Virus record (IMG/VR): IMGVR_UViG_3300046522_000173
Coordinates: 1 to 20,273 of that record
Source of the DNA: a virus
Lineage: Duplodnaviria > Heunggongvirae > Uroviricota > Caudoviricetes
Length of the DNA: 20,273 nucleotides
Direction: 5' to 3' (one strand)
Shown: positions 8,286-13,938 of the stretch, piece after piece
Layout of the letters: every line of letters starts with the position of its first letter
Numbering within the stretch: the stretch's first letter is position 1
Made by a program: the position numbers and the translations under genes
Notes under the pieces: model-generated
Database searches by the model: none
What the model was told of the DNA's origin: nothing
The model's input: the letters and a program-made list of their open reading frames with translations, nothing else

Positions 8286-8549
8286 ATGACCAACATTATC
8301 AACATCGACAACGCCCAAATCGACGCAACCAAACTGACTGGCTTCCTCCAGAGGGCCATTAGTGTCCAAGCTGAAATCGAAATGAACAAAACGGACCTGA
8401 AGGAAATCGTCCAAGAAGCCGTTGACGCAACTAAACTGGATAAGAAGATCGTCCGCAAGTTCTTCACCACTCGCTACAAGGCCACCACCAAGGATGTCGT
8501 GGCTGAAGCTGAGACGCTGGATGCACTGAGCAAGGCTGTAGACGGCTAA
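8286..8549 (+). CDS. Putative dsDNA-binding protein, T4 DsbA / GapR (DUF2312)-like
   Basis: 87 aa helical pattern: L..F.QR....QAEIEMNKTDLKEIVQEA.....LDKKIVRK....RYK...VVAEAE. SD AAGGA. Confidence 0.6.
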   Translation: MTNIINIDNAQIDATKLTGFLQRAISVQAEIEMNKTDLKEIVQEAVDATKLDKKIVRKFFTTRYKATTKDVVAEAETLDALSKAVDG

Positions 8550-8560
8550 GGCCGTTCAAT
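8541..8560 (+). terminator. Possible weak terminator or hairpin ending the small-ORF operon
   Basis: GACGGC-TAAG-GCCGTT stem-loop with the stop codon in the loop. Tail is AT-rich but not poly-U. Confidence 0.3.
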
Positions 8561-8640
8561 ATATCCGTGACAATGTTGCATGTAATAAGAGAAACTGAAC
8601 AGGGTGTTTACAACATTCTGTGAAAATACGCGGAAATGTG

Positions 8641-8669
8641 TTGACGGGCAACAACCCGAGATATATAGT
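8641..8669 (+). promoter_or_regulatory. Sigma70-type promoter for gene 8789-9058
   Basis: TTGACG (8641-8646), 17 nt spacer, TATAGT (8664-8669). Confidence 0.75.
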
Positions 8670-8788
8670 AAGGACATGTTGAACACAGATCAAAGCGTTA
8701 TATCTGACCTGTGGCAGCAAATAACAAGAGCGGAATCGCCGGAATAAACATTCTACCAAAAGCACTTAACAAACAAGGAACCTAGTAA

Positions 8789-9058
8789 ATGAACATCATC
8801 GCTACCGCTCAAGTCATCCTCGCCCTGCTGCCAGTTGTATCGGACACTGTAAAGAATGTCGAAGCTGCCGTTGGAGCAGGCAACGGTGCCGAGAAGCTGA
8901 AGCTTGCCCTGGCCATCATCAAGCCAATCTACGAAGCGTCCAACCCGCCAGTCGCCTTCGACAGTGTTGTGGCAAAGATCACTGAAGTGATTGCTGCGTT
9001 GGTGACGTTCTACGGCAATATCGGTGCATTCGTCACCAGCCTGAAGAAAGCTGCCTGA
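8789..9058 (+). CDS. Small hydrophobic/amphipathic membrane-associated protein, LL-H-holin-like
   Basis: 89 aa, hydrophobic N- and C-terminal helices, VKNVEAAVGAGNGAEKLKLA motif resembling the (A/V)E...G.G.EK signature of LL-H-type holins. SD AAGGA at 8776-8780. Confidence 0.5.
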   Translation: MNIIATAQVILALLPVVSDTVKNVEAAVGAGNGAEKLKLALAIIKPIYEASNPPVAFDSVVAKITEVIAALVTFYGNIGAFVTSLKKAA

Positions 9059-9063
9059 CAAGT

Positions 9064-9096
9064 AAAAATGCCTCACCACAATTAAGTGAGTGAGGC
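9064..9096 (-). terminator. Intrinsic terminator for the - strand late/lysis transcript
   Basis: GCCTCAC-CAC-AATTAA-GTG-A-GTGAGGC stem with an AAAAA run on its left, which reads as a U-tract on the - strand. Confidence 0.75.
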
Positions 9097-9131
9097 GAAG
9101 GGTTGCTCTACCGTGAGCACTTACAAGGAAA

Positions 9132-9172
9132 GGGAGGAGGCCATTGCTCGGCTTCTTCCCTGTTTCTATTTT
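9132..9172 (+). terminator. Intrinsic terminator for the + strand transcript
   Basis: GGGAGGAGGCC / GGCTTCTTCCC stem (G-U pairs valid only on the + strand) followed by TGTTTCTATTTT. Confidence 0.75.
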
Positions 9173-9211
9173 AGCGTGCATTGCATCTTCAGTGCAACAC
9201 CTTTGAAGCTA

Positions 9212-9685
9212 CTAAGCATCGTTTGTGAGATTGTTTGTTGCAGAGAAGGGAGCGGAGTGCTGTCTTGCCCATTCAAGGGCTCTTGCACGTACGTCTTCAT
9301 CAATTGACTGATTAGCTCCGTCTCGTCCCACAGGGGCTTCGCTGCCGCTTTGCACACTGGCGGGCTCTTCTGTGCCTGACTGTTCAGGGTTTGACACAGA
9401 CGGCTGGGCTTCTCGTATGGCTCTCGGCTGCACTCCGATGTGCTTGGACGTGATGACAGTGAGGATGCTATTGACGATGAAGAAAATAGTGCCAGCAATA
9501 GAAACAGCCAACTCGTCCGATACTGGCAGATCATATCCCATCCCTTTAGCAATTGCGACAACAAGCATTATCAGAGCAGCTACAACCGGCTGGACGATGG
9601 CTTGACCCTTCTTCCAGAACGCCGGGTCGGACACCTGATGCCCGTACGAAAACAACTTGTAAAACTGCTTTATTGTCTCTAGCAT
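9212..9685 (-). CDS. Putative holin-like membrane protein (2 TM segments, long polar C-terminal tail)
   Basis: Hydrophobic segments IVQPVVAALIMLVVAIA and LAVSIAGTIFFIVNSILTVI. Overlaps the endolysin stop by 7 nt. Confidence 0.55.
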   Translation of the reverse strand: MLETIKQFYKLFSYGHQVSDPAFWKKGQAIVQPVVAALIMLVVAIAKGMGYDLPVSDELAVSIAGTIFFIVNSILTVITSKHIGVQPRAIREAQPSVSNPEQSGTEEPASVQSGSEAPVGRDGANQSIDEDVRARALEWARQHSAPFSATNNLTNDA

Positions 9686-10212
9686 TTCAACACCTCTCTT
9701 GCACGTTTATAAAGTGCTTGACGATCTTCCAAGCCGTTCGTTCCACCATTAATCTTCTTGGTGATGCGGACAAAGGCTTCGTCTGTACCGGCATCTGCCA
9801 ACACACTCAATCCCCTATCGCTCCACCACCAAGCCGCTGTACGGCAGGCATTCACGGGCTGTTCAAGCAACTCAGGCTTTGCTACGCAGTCAATGTGTAA
9901 GGCAGCAGCCACTTGGGAATAATTTAGAAATCCCGTGACTTGGATCAGCCCTCGCCCCTTGTACTTGACGCCCCAACCTGGATGAGTATTACCAAGCGAC
10001 TTCCTACCTTCGTAAGCCTCGCCACTAGCCAACTCCTTTACGTACCGAAGCTGCCCAGACTCGTGACCTACTTGAGCAAGGAACGCAGCCATCCGCAGAG
10101 GTGTATTAACCTCAAACTCGGTCATAGCTGCGTTCAGCGGACCTAAGAATGTTTGTGCACGAGACTTCGCGTAGGGCATGATGGCAACCAGCTGCTCTAG
10201 TGTGAGTTCCAT
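9679..10212 (-). CDS. Endolysin, glycoside hydrolase family 19 (chitinase-like)
   Basis: AAFLAQVGHESGQLRYVKE, YKGRGLIQVTG..NY and ITKKINGGTNGLEDR are GH19 motifs. No signal or SAR segment. TGATG coupling with the upstream gene. Confidence 0.92.
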   Translation of the reverse strand: MELTLEQLVAIMPYAKSRAQTFLGPLNAAMTEFEVNTPLRMAAFLAQVGHESGQLRYVKELASGEAYEGRKSLGNTHPGWGVKYKGRGLIQVTGFLNYSQVAAALHIDCVAKPELLEQPVNACRTAAWWWSDRGLSVLADAGTDEAFVRITKKINGGTNGLEDRQALYKRAREVLKC

Positions 10213-10490
10213 CAGTGCCCCCTACTGGCCTCGATAAGCCTGTCCTCGATGCGGTCGAATCTCGAATCAATCTTGTTGCCCTGCTGCTCAATTGCCCTGC
10301 TAACAGCTTCAATGGCTGACTGAAGCTCGTGCTTGGTAGAGAAGGACATAGCAGCTTCCACTTTGTACTGCGCGAGGTCTGCCTCTACGCGCTCAGCCTT
10401 CTTCTTTGTTTCCGTAAGCATCGCCCAGAGAACAATGCACAGCGCACCCAAGAGCGATTGTATGACCCCAAAAAATAGGTTATAATCCAT
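10212..10490 (-). CDS. Single-TM coiled-coil lysis-cassette protein (holin/antiholin candidate)
   Basis: N-terminal TM segment LFFGVIQSLLGALCIVLWAML followed by a heptad-rich coiled coil. Immediately upstream of the endolysin. Confidence 0.5.
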   Translation of the reverse strand: MDYNLFFGVIQSLLGALCIVLWAMLTETKKKAERVEADLAQYKVEAAMSFSTKHELQSAIEAVSRAIEQQGNKIDSRFDRIEDRLIEASRGH

Positions 10491-10491
10491 G

Positions 10492-10998
10492 TCAGACTTT
10501 CTTAACGTATTGTAGGGAGAAGCCCTTGTCGTCTAACAAGAACTTGACTACAGCGGCAGGGGTCGCCTTGGTGGAAATACTTAGGTGGGAGAGCTTGCGT
10601 GCACAGATGAGAAATTCCGCGCAGCTCCAATTTGAGTTCGAACCTATATCAAGAAGCTCAAGTTGTGCAGCAATTGCCTCTAGCTTGCTGTACGCCCCTG
10701 TAGCAACCTGAGAAAACATAAAGTTCTTCTCAGTGTCAGAGATAGGGACTCCGGTTTGGATAAGGTAGAAATCTTCTTCTAGGTTATCGAGAGGCATAAT
10801 ACGGACGAACGGCACAACACTCTCTACAAGGAAAGGCGTGCCATCCATCACAAGAATGATAGCTACGTGCGAAAACTCTGATTGCGTCACACTCTTGACG
10901 ATTTGAGACTCGATGTCAGAGAGACTATTCCACTGTTGGTGCGAGAGGGCTACTACGTCACCAGACTTGAGGTTGTTACGAATTTCAGAATACTTCAT
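10492..10998 (-). CDS. Permuted papain-like NlpC/P60 (YiiX/YaeF-like) amidase
   Basis: Start moved to ATG 10998 (MKYSEIR, SD GAGG). LKSGDVV, FSHVAI (His), a conserved Tyr and WSCAE (Cys) occur in the permuted His-before-Cys order. Confidence 0.75.
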   Translation of the reverse strand: MKYSEIRNNLKSGDVVALSHQQWNSLSDIESQIVKSVTQSEFSHVAIILVMDGTPFLVESVVPFVRIMPLDNLEEDFYLIQTGVPISDTEKNFMFSQVATGAYSKLEAIAAQLELLDIGSNSNWSCAEFLICARKLSHLSISTKATPAAVVKFLLDDKGFSLQYVKKV

Positions 10999-11000
10999 AC

Positions 11001-11828
11001 TCAGACCTCTTCTACTTCTATAGTGGCAGACATGATGTTCCAATATGCCGTTGACATCACAGGTTGTTGTACCAACTTGCCATACATCTGATGTGTCTGC
11101 TCAAGCTTCGTATCAGCATTATTTGGGAACAGAGAAATGAACAAAGGTTTAGCCATTCCGTTCGACCACAAGATATTCCACATCTGAGCCCTGTCATTCG
11201 TATCCAAACACCCCATCGGCAAGCTCTGCTTCCTATGCTTCGTACCAATGTGCGTATGCAAGTCCCCTGCCTCGGTGCGGAAGTGTTCGCTAGTGTCTGT
11301 GACGGTGAGGGTGCTGCCCATCTCTACGCCTACAGTTGGCATCCAATAGTCCCCGCAGATAAACCTACCAATATCAATGTAGCCCTGCGTATTCGCCGCA
11401 TCTGTAACAGTGACAACGATTTTCTTGGCACTGACCTTAGAAGCAAACCACACACGAGAATATGTGCCACCGCCATAAGCGAATGCATTCACACCCGTGT
11501 TAGCCCAGCCATTCCCAACAGGACTAGAAGCTGCTGCACCAAGCACTGCACCTGTATCCAACACAGCAGTCGTATCAGCCGTATTCGTGTACGCCTGCAC
11601 TCTAATCGTATGTGTGGCAGACAGATTGGTGAACGCTAAAGCCACACCGCCAATTGTCTCAGCATTCGTCCACGTAGCTGTAATCGTAATCGACGTACCG
11701 CTGCTCCTGCACACTCTCGATTTAATGTCGCTCAGAAGATTGGCTACGCCAAGCCCTGTTGCCGTCGCAGTAGAAGAGAGAGTAGCCCTATCTGCCGCGT
11801 TATCATATATCACTCGAATATTCGCCAT
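11001..11828 (-). CDS. Putative virion tail-tip / distal-tail-like protein
   Basis: 275 aa. Ala/Thr-rich beta-sandwich-like N-terminal part. The C-terminal part (DIGRFICGDYW...RT.AG...SLFP...YGKL) resembles siphophage tail components. SD GGGAG. Confidence 0.5.
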   Translation of the reverse strand: MANIRVIYDNAADRATLSSTATATGLGVANLLSDIKSRVCRSSGTSITITATWTNAETIGGVALAFTNLSATHTIRVQAYTNTADTTAVLDTGAVLGAAASSPVGNGWANTGVNAFAYGGGTYSRVWFASKVSAKKIVVTVTDAANTQGYIDIGRFICGDYWMPTVGVEMGSTLTVTDTSEHFRTEAGDLHTHIGTKHRKQSLPMGCLDTNDRAQMWNILWSNGMAKPLFISLFPNNADTKLEQTHQMYGKLVQQPVMSTAYWNIMSATIEVEEV

Positions 11829-11858
11829 AGGGCGCTCCCATCATAAGAATTAATAAGA

Positions 11859-11887
11859 ATTATAGCACGGCAACAGTGTTACGTCAA
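11859..11887 (-). promoter_or_regulatory. Near-consensus sigma70 promoter with extended -10, upstream of the tail protein/amidase/lysis genes
   Basis: On the - strand: TTGACG (11887-11882), 17 nt spacer ending TGC, TATAAT (11864-11859). Confidence 0.8.
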
Positions 11888-11927
11888 AGATTAGATAAAA
11901 GATAATTAACAGGCAATTGTGAATATC

Positions 11928-12632
11928 TCACCAACTGATTGCCGCAATTTCCTCCGCTGTCGTAGCTGCTTCAAGCAATGCTTTCAATTCTTGAGAGTGC
12001 AAAAAATTGTTCACCCCTGCGTCATACGCAGCGATAAAGAACGCATCCCATTCTTCTTTAGTAGCGATTGGAAGATATGTGTTGTCGATTGCTTTCCAGC
12101 CTCCAGGCCAATTAGAAGGCCAGCCTTTCTGCATACGTGCATCTGTAGCGAGCAAGTCAAACATATCCTTGTCGGCTGTACGAATGTCTTTGGTAAGCTC
12201 AACATCTTGTGTGGTTGCTTCAGCTTCTTCTGTGGCAGGTACAGCAACTTGCACAGTGTAGGTGTAAGTGAAATGGTCAGAGTCGGCTTTGAGGCGTGCT
12301 GCTGTGATTTCTGCACGCTTGCGCTCTTTGAGGGTTTCGACAGAGGTGCTGTTGTCTGTAGTGAGACAGCCACCTTCAAACGTAGCCCCTGGAGCGATTA
12401 GCGCTGCCTCAATATCATTGGAAATGTTAGTGCTGCCTACCATCCCAGAGATATCTAGAGCGACTTCCCAGTTCCATGCTGCGGGGAGTTGATTATTCGC
12501 AGCATCTTCGTCAGCATAAGACTTTACAGTGACTAGAGTTGTATTGTCGTTTAAATTTATTTCCAGCTTGACTACTTTGTGATATGCTACAGCAGCACCG
12601 TTACCTGCCTTAGTAGATTTATTGATTGGCAT
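11928..12632 (-). CDS. Tail-fibre-associated protein with C-terminal DUF4376-like domain
   Basis: C-terminal pattern LKERKRAEITAAR...WKAIDN...LKALLEAATTAEEIAAISW. SD AGGAG. Confidence 0.65.
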   Translation of the reverse strand: MPINKSTKAGNGAAVAYHKVVKLEINLNDNTTLVTVKSYADEDAANNQLPAAWNWEVALDISGMVGSTNISNDIEAALIAPGATFEGGCLTTDNSTSVETLKERKRAEITAARLKADSDHFTYTYTVQVAVPATEEAEATTQDVELTKDIRTADKDMFDLLATDARMQKGWPSNWPGGWKAIDNTYLPIATKEEWDAFFIAAYDAGVNNFLHSQELKALLEAATTAEEIAAISW

Positions 12633-12679
12633 AAAACTCCTTTATAATTGTGTTGCTACTAACCGCGTGTGAAATTTAC

Positions 12680-12708
12680 TTGACAACATGTGCCAAACAT
12701 CTTAATAT
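12680..12708 (+). promoter_or_regulatory. Sigma70-type promoter for the lipoprotein gene
   Basis: TTGACA (12680-12685), 17 nt spacer, TAATAT (12703-12708). Small GCCC-TACTAC-GGGC hairpin in the leader. SD AAGGA at about 12739-12743. Confidence 0.75.
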
Positions 12709-12749
12709 CTAGTCCTGCCCTACTACGGGCTTATCCTAAAGGAATTGAC

Positions 12750-12941
12750 ATGAAACTTTGCTTATCCCTCCTCGCCCTTGCTCTCACTCTTACGGGCTGC
12801 GCCAGCACTACATGGTCGTCAGCAGATCAAGCCCAATGGGAGAAAAACTGGGGTAGTACCAAGTGTGGTGGCTCTTGGCAGTGCGGTTCAGTGCCAGAAA
12901 ATCATAAACTTGGTGCGGCAGTGGTGCTAGAAGACGCCTAA
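12750..12941 (+). CDS. Small outer-membrane lipoprotein, putative superinfection-exclusion / receptor-blocking protein (Cor/Llp-like)
   Basis: Start moved to ATG 12750: MKLCLSLLALALTLTG/CAST with lipobox LTGC, Ala at +2 and two further Cys. 63 aa. Own promoter. Stop overlaps the stop of the convergent gene 12938-13654. Confidence 0.7.
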   Translation: MKLCLSLLALALTLTGCASTTWSSADQAQWEKNWGSTKCGGSWQCGSVPENHKLGAAVVLEDA

Positions 12942-13654
12942 GCCCAGTCTGCCATGCCTAGCGTCATGCTGCGATTGTTGTATGGGTCGGCTGATTGGGC
13001 TATTGTGCTGCCGTACAAACCCGCAAAAGAGCTGCCTGCTGCCCCCAGCACCTGATGGGAGATTGTTAGTGATGTTAGTGAATTGACTTTCGCGTAAATG
13101 CCGCTGGCTTCGTCTTGCGAACCTAGGTAACTGGCAACCAGAGGGTTAGCGACGATCCACGGCATCGCAGTGAAGCCTGTCATACTTAGGTTGTATGGAT
13201 ACGGATAGGAAGAAGTGGCGGCATGGTAGAGATTGGCAATGATACGGGTGTGTCGATTGTTGCTGTCGTATGTAATCTCTCCTGCCGTATTGAAGACTTG
13301 GAAGCCTCCGGGATCAGTGTCTTTGATTCCCGCCACTTGAGTAGAAAATACCGCGTAGTCAAATGACGCATTAGACGCATCGATCAGGAAATAATTGCCA
13401 CCGGAAACACTACCGTATTTCTTTGTGATGAATACCCCTCCCACGTTCTGACCAAACGCGGAGGGTCTGAGTAGCAGCAACGGTATCTCGGTGTTCAGGT
13501 CAATGCCAAATGCACTCAGGTTGAGGACGAAAGAGCCAAAGGCGTTGTCGGTCCCTTGTGCAACAGACCCTGTAGTAACTAGACGAGGGTTCTTCAGATT
13601 CTCATCAATCTGGATAACACCATTTGTATTATAAATTTGAATGCCCGCTGTCAT
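12938..13654 (-). CDS. Putative receptor-binding tail-tip protein
   Basis: MTAGIQIYNTNGVIQID...GGFQVFNTAGEITYDS carries the repeated G(L/I/F)Q(I/V)(Y/W/F)...G motif seen in small tail-tip proteins encoded after J-type fibres. Adjacent to the lipoprotein gene. Confidence 0.55.
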   Translation of the reverse strand: MTAGIQIYNTNGVIQIDENLKNPRLVTTGSVAQGTDNAFGSFVLNLSAFGIDLNTEIPLLLLRPSAFGQNVGGVFITKKYGSVSGGNYFLIDASNASFDYAVFSTQVAGIKDTDPGGFQVFNTAGEITYDSNNRHTRIIANLYHAATSSYPYPYNLSMTGFTAMPWIVANPLVASYLGSQDEASGIYAKVNSLTSLTISHQVLGAAGSSFAGLYGSTIAQSADPYNNRSMTLGMADWA

Positions 13655-13656
13655 AT

Positions 13657-13938
13657 TTAAATCCTGTACAGGGTTACTGGCACAGACGTGAAGCCAGTGA
13701 AATTGATTTTGTTGGACCGAATAGTTAGCCCACCGTTACCGATAGTGGCGCTGTAGTCGGGGCAGGGCAGAGTCACTACCCAATAACCATCATCGGTCAT
13801 CCCATCCACGGCGATGAATCGGGTAGTGTCGTCCTGCCACGGAGTCAACGAATAGGTAGCATAGAAGCGAGATAATCTGTCGATAACTTCCAAGCGCAGC
13901 TTGCCATCTGCGCTCCATACTTGTAGACCTGCTGGCAT
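13657..13938 (-). CDS. Small tail-tip adaptor protein (93 aa)
   Basis: ATG 13938 is TGATG-coupled to the fibre stop. MPAGLQVWSADGKLRLEVIDRLSR shares its N-terminal motif with the next gene. Confidence 0.6.
   Translation of the reverse strand: MPAGLQVWSADGKLRLEVIDRLSRFYATYSLTPWQDDTTRFIAVDGMTDDGYWVVTLPCPDYSATIGNGGLTIRSNKINFTGFTSVPVTLYRI

Noticed and set aside
8556-8765. Minus-strand 69-aa ORF and a possible minus-strand promoter (TAAACA-17-TATTAC) in the intergenic region
   Set aside because: The ORF overlaps the + strand promoter and lacks an SD. The promoter match is only 4/6 at each box.
9166-9564. Alternate-frame ORF inside the holin-like gene as an embedded o-spanin (Rz1-like)
   Set aside because: It has a short hydrophobic stretch but no lipobox Cys after it, no clear SD, and a Ser-rich shadow-frame composition.
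12690-12749. Longer start for the lipoprotein ORF
   Set aside because: It overlaps the promoter and would bury the signal peptide. ATG 12750 has an SD and gives a canonical lipoprotein signal.
9209-12940. TAG stop-codon reassignment or readthrough (TAG ends the holin-like, endolysin and RBP genes)
   Set aside because: All genes are full length under code 11. Readthrough hits another stop almost immediately for the lysis genes (tandem TAG at 9209-9214; TAA three codons after the endolysin stop). No suppressor tRNA is seen.
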